A stretch of DNA of 64,000 bases. Origin: Eledone cirrhosa. Taxonomy: Eukaryota. The DNA lies in NCBI GenBank assembly GCA_964016885.1, contig OZ024741.1, positions 96,472,001 through 96,536,000 on the forward strand, written 5' to 3'. Every line of letters starts with the position of its first letter. Position 1 is the first letter of the stretch. Made by a program: the position numbers and the translations under genes. The notes beneath the pieces are model-generated. The model was not told where the DNA came from, made no database searches, and saw only the letters and a list, made by a program, of their open reading frames with translations. Of this stretch, positions 1 to 12,760 are shown one piece after another.

Positions 1-2820
1 CTTGCCCTCCACTAATCCTCTATAGAAATCTTGAGTGGAAGTTCCACTGACCGCATTGCCCACCTTGCAGAGTGCAGTGAGCGCCTGGCAACATTCCAGA
101 TGCCAGTCGCCCAGTCTCGGTCTCTTCTTGACCCAGGACTGCAGCTCAGTCAAAGAGATGAGCTGCGGAAAGGCCCGTCTAACAAACGGCGACCACACCT
201 GTTCACCGTTTAGGCAAAATATCTGGAGATGTCGCAGCCTCAGCGCATGTCTGCGCATCATTAGCCACGGCATGCCCAGCCCTCCACGAAGAGGGTGCTG
301 GCAGCAGATGGACCGCCTCACCAACGGGACCCGTCCCCTCCACAAAAATTTGAAAAGGAGCCGTTCCAAATTGGCGAGGCGTGGACGGGGGCAAGGCACG
401 ACGGTCAGGCGGTAGTAGATGACGGACGCGATGTACGCGTTCGCCACCTCCGCCCGCCCTTTCAGTGATATCTTTCTCTCAGCCCATTTCTGGGTGAGGT
501 TGGCTATCCTGCTCGTCACCTCGTCCCAATTCTTATCCACCTGGAGGTCTGGTCCGAACCAAACCCCGAGCAACTTTACCGGTCCGTCTGTCCAGCGCCC
601 AACGACGCTGTTGGACGGCATGGACTTGCCTCTCCAGGTGCCGAGCTGCAAGCCCACCGACTTTTCCGGGTTAAGTTTTGCTCCCGTCAACCTTTCATAT
701 TCCTCCAAATGGGTGCGGATCACCTCGATTTCCGAGGTGTCCGACACCATCACTGTGATGTCATCCGCATAAGCGGACGCAGCCTTTCTGCGTCCCGGTT
801 CGAGCGGGATGCCCTACAACAACTCCAGCTTCCGCAGTAGAGGCTCAAGAGTCAATACGTACAGAAGTGAGGAGAGAGGGCACCCTTGACGGACCGATCG
901 AGAGATCTGAAACGGTTCCGAGAGGTGGCCATTAACTTTGACCACCGAGCAGATGCCGCTGTACATTGCAGCGATCCAGCTTCTGAAGACGGGGCCGAAG
1001 CCAGCCGCCTCGAGGACAGCCTCCAAGTACCGATTGTCGACCCTATCGAATGCTTTCGATTGATCTAAATTGATCAGAGCCCCACCGAAGCCAGGTTTGC
1101 ACCCAACCCTCTCTATGATGTATCGCATGAGGTGGAGGTTGTCGTGTATGGACCTGGTCGGGATTGCGCAAGTTTGCGCCTCCCCAACCAAATCTTTGAC
1201 GACAAGCGCCAACCTTTTCGCTAACACCTTGGCCAAAATCTTAAACTCTGTGTTGAGCAGGGTTATGGGCCTGAAATTATCTAGTGTGTCCCTCTTGTTC
1301 TCGTCTTTCCTTATCAGCGTCACTACGCCACGGCTCACAGAACTGGGAATGCTCCCGTTCTGCTGCCAGTTGCAGTAGAGCGCTTCGAGGAGATCGGAGA
1401 ACAAGTCTGGCATATTTACGTAAAGCTCGTAGGGCAGACCATCCAAACCGGGTGACTTGCGACTCGAGCAGCCGACAAGGGCGTCCTGAATTTCGACTGA
1501 TGTTATCGGCTCTTCGCAGCGCTCAGCGTCGGCCGTCGAGAGGCGTGGCAAGCCGTCGAGGTAGGGACTGAAGTCCGCCGCCGTCTCCGACTCACCCATC
1601 CTCCCGAACAATCGAGCAAAGTGCTGGCGAAAGGCCTCACACATCTGCTTGGAATCGCTCAGTTCGTGTCCATCTCGATCCGTCAAAGACCGAATTGTGG
1701 TTTTATTTCCACGCTGCGTCTCTGCAAAGCGAGCCCATCGGGCAGCTTTGGTTCCCTCGTTCCTCAGAGCACGCGCCTTAGCTCTGACAATGCAACCTTC
1801 GTGTTTCGCATTGAAGAAATGGTCTAGTGCCATTCTCGCCGCTAGCACGTCTGTTGCAATGCCACTACAAATAGCCTCGTCTAACTTAGCTATCAGCCCC
1901 TCCTCCTTTCTATTTTTCTCTATTGCTACTTCTTTGCTAAATCCTATCGAGGTTGCTCTAATCTCTCTTTTGAGTGCCCCCCACCACCTGTTGTTGACAA
2001 CCCCCCCTGTCAACTTTTTCTTAACTAAGTTGTTGACCCGGTCCCTGTAAGCTTTACGTGCCGGAAACGACATGTTTAGCTTCCAGTAGCTAGGTCCTAA
2101 CCTACGTGTCTTATCTAGGTCGACCATACAGATCACAAGCTTGTGATCTGAATAGGCAACCGTTTTAAAATGTGGACATCCTACACTATTTCTATCTCTT
2201 TTCCTAATGAAAATCCTATCTATGTACGATCTAGATGACCCTATGCGATTGGTCCAGGTCCATACTGGCGCATTAGGGAAATCTAGTCGGTACCTGTCAG
2301 ACAGTTGAAACTGGCTGATCAGGTACTTGAGGCTTTTGCACCCCCCGCTCCTATCAGATACTCCCACACAATCCCGGCGTGCTTCTAAGATGCCATTCCA
2401 ATCCCCTATTAACAGTAAAGGGCGAGACGTAAGCAGAAAGTTTTCCAGGCGCCTAAAGAAGTCCGGCCGACCGGCCCCAGTAGGGGCGTAGACGGCCACC
2501 AGTCTAAAGGCACCACCTTCGCTATTGCTCACGTCCAGGACCACCAACTTTCCGTCAGGATCCCGGAAGATTGACCTTACCTCGAGATCCAGACATTTCC
2601 TAAACAGCACAGCCACTCCACCTCCCATTCCCGGCCGACTAACAGATGCAAAGATCTGATAATCGTCGAAAATCGGCGCCAGTGCGCGTGTGTCGGAAAT
2701 TCTGGTCTCGCTGATGGCAATTACATCCATTCCTAGTGACCTGAGGTCGTTGAGCAAGTGACCTTGCTTCCAGGGCGACCCCAGGCCACGAACATTTAAA
2801 CTTCCTACTCTTATGGCCAT
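1..2820 (-). pseudogene. Tx1 ORF2 (APE endonuclease + reverse transcriptase), one in-frame TAG at 814-816, continues off the window
   Basis: APE motifs SLNVRG, ISETR, VYAP, IGDWN, YIDRI, YSDH. RT motifs SPGLDGL, NFRPITLLN, DQSKAFDRV, VRQGCPLS. After the TAG the frame continues GIPLEPGRRKAASAYADDIT (YADD at 760-771) through to position 1. Confidence 0.92.
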
Positions 2821-2849
2821 GCTGGCAGGATGAATGGGAGAGGAAAGGT

Positions 2850-4754
2850 TTACTTACCTTCCGGGGTCTTGTGAAGGTCGGGTGGTTCGACCTCCATGGT
2901 TTGTGGGGTTTCTTTTGGGAACCCCTTTAATAGTCTTGACGTGGGTTTTACGTTCGGGGTTCCCACATCCCGAGGAAAGCTCTTTCGAATTTCTTTGTAT
3001 GAAGCGAGCGACATTCGCATCAGAAGCAAATTATCTGGTACGCGAAATGTGCTCGCTTCAAATGTTTCCCCGTCTTTTTCGATGTTTGTGCTTCGTGCTA
3101 CATGGGCCATCAATTCCTTGTTGGCCCTTCTGGCAAGCACGAATTTTTTAATGTTTTGTTGCTCGGGTTTTATTTGTTCGTGTGATTGTGGTGGTGATAG
3201 CTTTGTTAGTGTTGTTTCTATTGTGTCTGCGTTTGTTGTAGGTGGGGTGTCTGTAGTTTCTGATGTTTGTGTGTCTATTTGTTCTTGTGTCTGTTTAGGG
3301 GATTTTGGGGGATTTTGGTGGTTGTGTTGGTGATGCTGTGGGGAAAATGTTTGTGTGGGTGGTGTGTGTATTTTTTTTGTGGGGGTGTTGGTGCTTTGTG
3401 GATTTCTTTTTTTTTTGTGTTTTGTTTTTTGTATTTTGGGGGACTTTGGTTTTCCCTCATCTTCACTGCTGGAGGATGAGGGGTCTGTGGCTGTGAGCGT
3501 GTTTGTGTCTGAGTGAGTGTTTATGTTCTTGTTCGTGTGTGTATTTTGGGGGGGAGGGGGAATGGGAGAGCTTTCCTCGTTTCCCCCCTGGGTGTGCAAT
3601 TTTGGTGGTTCCATTGTTGACGGTGTTGCTGGTGGTCCTTGTCCCGGCGTCGCCAGCAGTGGAATCTTTCGACCCCTTGCGCTTTTCGGCAGTTGAGGGC
3701 AGAAGGCTCGCAAGTGTGTCGTTTCCCCACAAAGGAAACAATGCGGCCTTTTGCCCTCAGTCATTATATGCAACACCCTCCCGTTTTGGAGGCGGATGTG
3801 GTCCGGGATTGCTTTTACGTTTTCGGGTCTGATTTGGAGAAGTATCTCCAGATCAACCCCGGACCAGTCGTCCCTGGCAGTTCTCGTTGCCTCTACCGGG
3901 ACTGTATCCGTTCCTTCCAGGATTACGCAACCCAGAAGCCACCACATATCAAGTCCTGGTGGAATCCTGGGAATGCGCACACGTGCTATTCGTTTTCCCA
4001 TGTGGGAGGGGTACATTATGACCTTGCTGGTTTTGCAAGGGGTCATTGAATGCTTCACAGCGAGGGCTTCAGACTTGAACAGCACCGAAACGGTGCCGTA
4101 TTGCCTGCCCCTCTCTATGAAGTCTGTGTCCTCTCTGATGTATTTCAGTGCGGCTTCTATATCAGCTTGGGCGATTATCGCTGCCCTCTTTGTCTCTACT
4201 GAGATGCATCTGAAATGCACCGTTCTTTTTTCCACTGCCTCAATGGCTTCTGCCGGGACAGTTAAGTTTGCTCAGGTCTGCTCTTGATTTATGATTTTCC
4301 AGGCCTGGGCCAACTTTTCCTCTCTGTTGGTTAAGTCGATGCTGTAGCATGGTCTCCTTTTAGCCGCTGCCACAGCAGCGAAGGTGTTCTTGTTGGTGTT
4401 GTCACTGTTGTTGTTCTTGTTGGTGTTGCTGCTGCTATTGCTGTTGTTGTTCTCCCCTGTGTCGTGGTTACCCTCTGTGCTGTTGGCCTTGTTGGTGCTG
4501 CTGCTGTCGCTACTATTACGCTCTGTGCTGTTCGTTTTGTTGGTGCTCTCGCTATTACCACCTTCTGCGCTGTTCGGCTTGTTGGTGTTGGTGTTGTCGC
4601 TGTTACCACCTTCCGCGCCGCTCGGCCCGTTGGTGCTGGCACTGTCGCTGCTCACACTCGTGCTGGTGGCGCTCCTCGCCCCACCTCTCCTCTCAACGCT
4701 CAAGTCGCCGTTGCACGACAGCAGACCCGCCTCTAGGGGGCGTGGCTCCGCCAT
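2850..4754 (-). pseudogene. Tx1 ORF1 (gag-like nucleic-acid-binding protein), interrupted by one in-frame TGA at 4272-4274
   Basis: ORFs 4272..4754 and 2850..4235 share a frame (ACC TGA GCA AAC...GTG GAA AAA). Zinc knuckle CFLCGETTHLRAFC, with S/N/T-rich N-terminal repeats and a P/T/Q-rich low-complexity C-terminal part. Confidence 0.85.
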
Positions 4755-4991
4755 GTTTTTTTGAGAAAAAAATTATTATTTTTCCAAAATAAAGTTCAAA
4801 TATTTGGGCCAAAAGGCCCAAATATTATGAGTTATTCCTTCACAGGATACAAATGAATGTCTTATAATGCTTCAGCGGTACAAAAAAATAAACAATTCTC
4901 CACAATTAATCCTCAAAAAATTGCTTACTCACGGAGCTTCAAAAAACGTACATCCACTTTCGTCAATAATAATAATAAGAAGAAGAAGAAA

Positions 4992-5105
4992 AAGAACCCT
5001 CCGATAGGTCCTGAATATCTGAGGCTGCAGGTAGTGGCTTGATATTCATTCCAACGGACTTTCCAGTTAACTAACATCAATGACTGAGACTCAAGGAATA
5101 ACAAT
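4992..5105 (+). mobile_element. Extreme 3' fragment (last codons + 3'UTR) of R4/Dong family B
   Basis: Near-identical to the reverse complement of ~59460-59572 (aagaaccctccgata..ctgaggctgcaggtagtggcttgatattcattccaacggactttccag..caaggaataacaa). Ends in (AAT)n. Confidence 0.9.
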
Positions 5106-5123
5106 GATAATAATAATAATAAT

Positions 5124-6047
5124 GATTTCTTTATTAACCACAAGGGTTTACATAAAGTAGACATTAAGGACAGTGCAGGACAATACAGGACGGTACAAAT
5201 GGGCATTTCTGCGTGTAAAAAACAAAAACAGAGAATGTAACAAAAAATAACAATGAAAAATTCCCCAATAGGGGGGAGACTTCGGAGAGACATTTGTGGA
5301 GAAAGCACAGTAAAAGGCCACAATGACCCTGACCACCAAGGCAAGTGCCCTCTCCCAGTTTTCCACCTTTAATTTACAGATATATACTCAGAATAGGCCC
5401 ATTCACTCGGGCCATTCTTGCTTCTCTCACCCATCTTTCAACAAATTGCTGGGAAGAGAGCACTTTCTTCTCTACTCTGATTTTCCTTTTCAAATGAAAT
5501 TTGAAAAAGTCAATCGGAGCATCAGCCCTTTCAAACGTGTCCACCATACTATCTCTTTCGCCATGGCCACCAGACAGATATAAACTGCCTGCCCTTCCCG
5601 GTTAAAGGAGGAGGGCGGGGCAATCCTCACGATGGACTCAGATGATAGCAGGATCCGTCCTAAACGCGACAGCAGGTGTTCGACATAAACCCACAAGTCA
5701 GCAATTTTCGGACACTGGACGAGTGCGTGCAGGACGGTTTCGTCGCCCTGCGCGCATCTCGGACATGCCCGGCTGACGGCACCTCCATGCCTGTAGAGTT
5801 AATCCCGAACTGGCAAGGCTCCTCGGTAGCACTGCCAGGCCAGAGATTTCTGGAAGTTGTCCATAGGCCCTGGCCCGAAAGTTCTTCCGAAGAGATTGGC
5901 TACTTGATTTTCGTCGACGCCTAGAGTTTCCCCAAGTACGTCGTCGCTCTCCCCCCCCCCACTAATCCTCTATAGAACGCCGAGGTGGAGTTTCCACCGA
6001 TCACATTGCCCGATTGGTCGAGGGCTGTGAGCGCCTGAGACATTCCA
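5124..6047 (-). mobile_element. 5'-truncated, decayed Tx1 LINE (ORF2 C-terminus + 3'UTR)
   Basis: 5950-6047 is homologous to 1-98. CCHC motif CPRC..ETVLHALVQC. 3' end ccttgtggttAATAAAgaaatc(att)n. (AAT)n on both sides. Confidence 0.88.
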
Positions 6048-6289
6048 TAATAATAATATAATGTAGTGAACTTAAAAACGTACCACTTACATTACGATTT
6101 CAACGAAGATTTTTTCCAGTTATTTGATCAACAGAAGAGAACTCGTCAATTTACCGTGTAAGTAGCAGAACATTTGACATATACACTGAACGTAATTTTT
6201 CAGGCTATTCAGCAAGACATAATTCGTGAAATTAACCTGAAAGTTGAAAGCAACAGACACTGTTCATCCAGAGAATTTCCACCTACCCA

Positions 6290-6385
6290 ATTTGATCTCT
6301 GGTAAATGTCACTTGGCCAAGATGTGACGTTATAGAAACGAACTCGGTACCTAATGATTGCGAAGCCAACTTCTTTACCATTCGC
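6290..6385 (-). mobile_element. Old, diverged SINE-like fragment (second family; similar copy at ~30730-30860)
   Basis: cacttggccaagatgtgac..gaaacgaactc..cctaatgattgcgaagccaacttctttaccattcgcc resembles cttacccaagatacgac..gatcgaaacc..cctaatgaatgcaaagaaactttcttaaccattctgcc at 30780-30855. Confidence 0.45.
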
Positions 6386-8673
6386 CTTTTCTACGTGTAC
6401 TTTTTATAAGTAGCACGATATTGATACCACCACTATCAATATCATGCTAGATATATTCTTTCTATATGTCAAACCAAAGTACAATATCTTTGATTCTCAC
6501 TTTCGTAATTTATTGATACATACATTTTCAAAACCGTAATCGTTAATTCTTACATATATTAACGGAAATATTAAATTTATCGAAAAAAAAAAAAAAAATT
6601 TAAATTCAAATACGTTTCAAATCCCCACCATATAGATATATCGATATAAAAATATTATTTTCTTTGTCCATATTGAGACTAGTGTTCTATAAACATCTTA
6701 TATTGGAACAAGGTCACACATTTGTAAATGTGGGTTTTATTGTTCCAATTTGAATCATTAAAATAATTGACCCAGCCCTGAACAGATCAGCGGCGTGACT
6801 TTCCAAAGGCCTTTAATGCGAATTTTATGTTTTGTTAAGTAAATGTGCGGTACTTAACAGTAAAGTAGCATTTTCTGGTATTGATGAGGTATTCAAATGC
6901 AAATGAGTGTAGCTTTCTCTTTTATCATTCTGGGTTTGGAAAAATAAGTACCAAACACATACAGGGCTTAATCTAATCATCGGAGATATCCCTCAAGATT
7001 TGAGGTATTGCATTAAACACTTTGAAAATCAATAAAAGATTAGTGATGAACGTCAAATAGTGAGAGGTAATATCCTCACGGATCGAAATAATGATGATGG
7101 GTTCGATCACTATCACTTTACCTACTGTCTGAAATTCCATTAAAGTTAACTTTACCGTCCTATAATATCAATAAAATAAAGTATATGTGCCAGTATAATC
7201 AACAACATGCACCCTCTAAATTTAAGGGTGTGTGCTTAAATAAGAAAACAATCAATGTGATTGTAAAATAAACACGAGTGCCACAGAATACTCTCCTGTT
7301 TAAATTGAGGATTGAGTCTATTGATAAAAATGAAAGCATATGAAATAATTGTTAATTGACACGGTATCAAAGTATAATGCTTTGGATAATATATGCAGTA
7401 GATGTTTTATGTATGTTATACAGGTGACGTTTTATTTCCATCGCATAAACTCACCAATATGCTAATCTTTGTGAAATGTTGACAGGAAAGAAGATTTTTC
7501 TGAATAGTTTTGGTTATTGTTTGTCTTTAAGGCAACAGAATATTAAACAAATTTAGATTATTGCAAACGTGTCTTATTAAATGAGCGGTGGAATCTATTA
7601 ACCAAAGTAGAACAAAATGTCACAGATGCATCATTTCCCATTTCTGTATTTTCTATATCTACCGCATAGGCTTTTGCTTTTCAAAGATGGCTGGTCTTGT
7701 TCCACCATCGCCCTGGAACTCCCAACACAGTAGACTCGCATAATATGTCCAGGTCCTTCCCATACACCCAGTCCTTCCTTCCACCTCTACTTCAACTGGA
7801 AGTCTCTCGCTCTGCATGTTTTCCCCCGCAGCCAATAACTTACAACTATGTTAAAAGCATTCTAACTCTGTCTATTTTACTGCTTTGGAAAGGTCATGTG
7901 CACATGACCTTTCCTTATAAAAAAATCATAAAAAACTAAATTGAAAAAAAAAAAATGATTTCATCGAACTAGTGAATCATCTTGGTGAAATTTGAAATCA
8001 GAATATATAGAAAATTAACTTACTATGCCAAAATTCTGCCAACCATTATCTCTAGCAGTGATAAGGGTTGGCAAGTGTTCTATTCTTTCACTTCAATTGT
8101 TTTCAGTTACTCCATATCATTTTATCTATGATATTATTGAGAAATAAGTGTTAACATATTTCATGCATGGACCATCAAAAAGCTAAATGGAAATAAATAT
8201 GCAGTGAGGAAAAACGATATTCGACAATGATTATTAGTGTTGCTTCGTTTTCGCAGCAGTTACATGAGAGCACTCCGTGCAATTTTCTGTAAGAGATGGC
8301 CTTTCCAGTAAAAGATAACCTTCACTGTTCTTGGCAAAGCAGGGATGAATGAATCATTAATAAATATAGAATTGTAGTATATTTATCGAGATGTTTGGTA
8401 CGTAAATCATTCAAACACATCATTGTTCAGTTTTTGTTAATAAGAATTTACTTTACTTGGCAGTAGCTTTATAAAGATATATATAAATGAGGTTGTATTT
8501 TTATATAAGATGTTGTTTATTTTGAATTATATGAAAAAAACAATAACAAAAAACGAACTTATTCAAGTTTATAATTAAAAGGTGCAGAGAGATGAACGGA
8601 CGTAGTAAATGAAACATTTTAAAGAGACAAAGAATGACAGGAAGAGACAGCAAAGGGGCATATGATATTTACG

Positions 8674-8696
8674 CGTGTGTCTGTGTGTTTGTGTGT

Positions 8697-8795
<99 letters not shown>

Positions 8796-8957
8796 TGTGT
8801 GTGTGCGTGCATGAATGTATGTATGCATACATATATGCATGTATGAATATATGTATGTAGGTATATACATATGTGTGTAAGTATGCGTGCATGTATGCAT
8901 GCATGCATATATGAATATATGTATGTAGGTATAAATGTGTGTATGTAAGCTTGTATG

Positions 8958-9037
<80 letters not shown>

Positions 9038-9050
9038 CATGTATATATGC
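8674..9050. repeat. Compound (TG)n/(TATG)n/(TA)n microsatellite
   Basis: Directly visible. Confidence 0.95.
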
Positions 9051-9369
9051 ATGGGCGTTTGTATATATCTATGAGAAATATATATTAGTACATATTTGTC
9101 ACAGAGAAAAATCTCTGATTTAGTGTTTAGAGTGATCATGGGTACTGAATTCGATTCCTGACGATGCGTTGCGCCCACCATCAAAAGTTTCAGATGGAAA
9201 AGGGAGTTGTACCTCTATTTCAAAGTGTCAAACTAGTCATTCACTATCACACTAAATATCCCTGGGAAATAAGGACATGTAACCGTTGAAAGCCCAGCAA
9301 TTTGTACGTTATTTCCGCGAGAAATCTGTTCCATTAATCGAAGAACTAAAACACTCATCGTTGGAGGTG

Positions 9370-9406
<37 letters not shown>

Positions 9407-9512
9407 GTTTATATATACACACACACACACACACAGACACACACACACACACACACACACTTATATATATATATATATATGTTTATATACACACACACAC
9501 ACACACACACAG

Positions 9513-9595
<83 letters not shown>

Positions 9596-9625
9596 TATAT
9601 ATGTATGTATATATATATATATATA
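9370..9625. repeat. Compound (CA)n/(TA)n/(TG)n microsatellite flanking the RTE 3' end
   Basis: Directly visible. Confidence 0.95.
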
Positions 9626-12140
9626 TTCTATTCTAGGGCGGGTAAAATTCCCGAGATCCATGGACGAGTTCCCTCCAGCGGTCTCTGTCCCTCATTATCG
9701 CTGCCATGTCCTGCGTCTCCAACAGACCAGTATCTGCCCTTAGGGCATCAACATACGTTAACCTTGGTCTTCCTCTTCCAGTGTGTCCATGTAGGGGCTC
9801 CCACAGGAGCACTGAGTGCAATGTCAACCCTGGATGTCGGTGAGCATGTCCAGCTAACCTCAGTCTCCTCTGTGTCACTTTTGAGCTGACTTTTGGGAGG
9901 CTCCCATACAGCTCTGAATTTTTCATCTTCAGTGTATACTGATCAATGTTCGGAGCCATCCTCAGCATTCTTGTGTAGCATCTATCCACCATCTGAGTGA
10001 GTTTCCTGGTCAGTGTCCAAGTTTCAGACCTGTACAGCAGCACAGACTCCACTACAGCAATGAGGAGGCGGAGTTTTACGAAGGTCCGACTTCCACACCG
10101 ATCTCAAGCTGTAGCACGCCGCCCAGGCTTTGCTCTTCTTCTCAACCCCATCATCTTCCGTATTCCCAATCTTTGCTCCCAAATACAGGAAGTCCTCAAC
10201 CAATTCTAGCGGCTTCCCGCCTACATTAGTGATCACCTCTGGCTTCTCAACATTCTCTACCAGATATTTTGTTTTAGTCTCATTCATTCTTAGCCTCACA
10301 CTCATCCACACAGTCTCAACCTTCTGCATCAAATCCCCTGCCTCCTTCATTGTATTTGTCACCAAATCTATTTCGTCGGCAAAGTCAGCAGCATCTGATA
10401 TCTTTTTCGCCTGAACTCTCCTGCTCTGAGCCAGTGCTACAGTAAAGCCAGATTCCCTGTGTTTCTCCAGTGGAAGGTGCATACAATAGTCCACTACGAT
10501 GATAAAAAGGTAGAGCTGTCAACACCGCACAAGCACAGAACATCCTGCTTGTTTTTGGGCACTTCAATGCACATCTGAGTAAGGAGGGCAATGAAGATCC
10601 TTGCTGGTACTTCCATAACAACACCAACCGAAATGGAAGACTACTGAGAGACACCTTTCTGGAGGCGAACTTGATAGCTACCAACCTAAGATTTAGAAAG
10701 AATCCGGGGAAGATGTGGACCTACATCTCAGATATGCACCTGTCCAAGTCCCAGATTGATTTCATTCTGGTGAGGAAAAAGTGGGGGAATAGTGTTCTGA
10801 ACACAGAACCATACAACTATTTCAGTACACTGGGTAGTGACCACAGGCTTGTTATGAGTGAGGTCCGGGTGAGCTTAAGAAAGAGCAAGGCTCAACCCCG
10901 GAGAGCAATCTATGACTGGGGAGCTTTCAAGGAAGATGATAAGCTACAGGAGAGGTTCACAGTGGAAGTGAGGAACAGGTTCAGTGCTCTGTGTGGAGAG
11001 ACAGAGGAGAGAGAGATTGGATGGACTGAGGAGAGTGTGACGAGCAGGTACGGGCACTTCACCAATGCAGTGGCGGAAGCAAGTGAGACCCTGGTGCCGA
11101 GGAGAAAGAACAAAAGGAAGCACGTCAGCTCTGCAGACCCAAAAGTGGGTGCAGCCAGAGAACACCTGAAAGCTGCCAAGGACCAATTCTATGCTGATCC
11201 TACGGAGGAAAGGATGGAGACTGTGGAGGTGATGAGGGAAGAACTCTGTATCGCTTACACTGAGACCAGAAAGGAGGCACTGATAAAGAAGATCATAAGT
11301 GTGGAGAGAGCGGTTGACAGATCTGGATGTAAGGAGAGCTGGATGATCATCAACGAGATCACAGGGAGGAAGAGAAGGTGTTCGAGTCAGATCCAGGGAA
11401 CAGGGCCCAAGGATAGGAAGAGGAAATGGCTAGACCATTTTAGGACCCTACTAGGAGAGCCACCCTCCCCTGACCAGAGCACTGAGGAGATCAGGCGGCT
11501 GTTTGAAGAACTGGATCTTGAGACAGAGCCCTTCACCAGAGAGGAGCTTCAGAGAGCCAAGAAGAAGATCAAGGAGGGCAAGGTTCATAGAGAAGATGGA
11601 GTGGCATCAGAGGTGATGAAGAGGTGTAATTTTGATGATATCATCCTGGGGTTGTGTAACCAGGCCCCGGAGAAAGGAGTTGCCCCGAATCAGTGGAGGA
11701 TCAGTAACATCGTCCCAGTGCAAATAAGGGAGATCTCTCTAACAACAACAACTACAGGGGGATCTCACTGACGTCACTTGTGGCAAAGACACTCAACAGG
11801 ATGATTCTTAACAGGATCCAGTCTGAGATGGAGAAGAAGCTCAGGGACAACCAGAACGGCTTCAGAGAGGGAAGATCAACCACCAGTCACATCCTGATGC
11901 TGAGGAGGATATTAGAGGGAGCTAGAGCAACGTGCTTTCCTGCTGTCATGGGTTTCATTAACTTTAGGAAGGCCTTTGATTCTGTGGACCGTCACTGCCT
12001 GATGAAGATCTTACAAGCTTATGGAATCCCCAAGAAGATAGTGGACCTGATATCACTGCTCTACACCAACACCAAAGCCCAATTCATTACACCTGATGGG
12101 ATGAGTTCTTTGAGATACTGGCTGGAGTGCTCCAGGGATA
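9626..12140 (-). mobile_element. RTE-clade LINE, 5'-truncated and internally inverted (3' part on minus 9626-10518; 5' part on plus 10515-12140)
   Basis: Plus strand: APE C-terminus (GHFNAH, SQIDFIL, GSDHR) and RT N-half (NQNGFREGRST, NFRKAFDSV, LAGVLQGD). Minus strand: YLFIIVVDY, DFADEIDL, VEDFLYLGA, VESVLLY..ETWTL, RLRLAGH, GRGRPRLTY, DRDRWR, then a (TAGAA)n tail. Several frameshifts. Confidence 0.9.
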
Positions 12141-12285
12141 TATATATTTGCATATATATGTGTGTGTGTATGTGTGTATGTGTGTATGTATGTATATACA
12201 TATATATATATATATATATATTAATCTATTTCGTGTTCCAGCCGAGACGCTGAGGCCATGCTGGAGCACCGCCAATATATGCATA

Positions 12286-12470
12286 TGGATTGGCAGTATC
12301 GGTAGAGGGTTTGACGCCATGCTTTCCAGCATAGTTACGTCCCTTTATGATCTGAGTTCAAATCCCGCCGAGGTTGACTTTGGCTTTCATCCTTACGGGG
12401 TCGATAAAATAAAGTACCAGTAATGCACTGGGTAATTGCTGGCCTTGTGCCTAAAGTAGAAACAATTATA
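12286..12470 (+). mobile_element. tRNA-derived SINE (family S1)
   Basis: A-box-like TGGCAGTATCGG, B-box GAGTTCAAATCC, conserved body cctttcatccttacggggtcgataaaataaagtaccag, 3' end ggccttgtgcc..agaaacaatt. Confidence 0.9.
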
Positions 12471-12473
12471 TGC

Positions 12474-12760
<287 letters not shown>

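Larger units (their letters stand above)
1..4964 (-). mobile_element. Tx1/L1-clade non-LTR retrotransposon, 5'-complete; 3' end lies beyond the window start
   Basis: 5'UTR ~4755-4964 abuts (AAT)n at 4965. ORF1 has a CCHC knuckle, followed by a 29-nt spacer (2821-2849) and ORF2 with APE endonuclease and RT. Confidence 0.93.

Noticed and set aside
31-4764. Plus-strand ORFs over the Tx1 element, including the Leu-rich 4384..4764
   Set aside because: Antisense shadow frames of the LINE ORFs and their low-complexity repeats.
12286-12370. A/B boxes suggesting tRNA genes (here and in other copies)
   Set aside because: No cloverleaf. They are heads of a multi-copy SINE.
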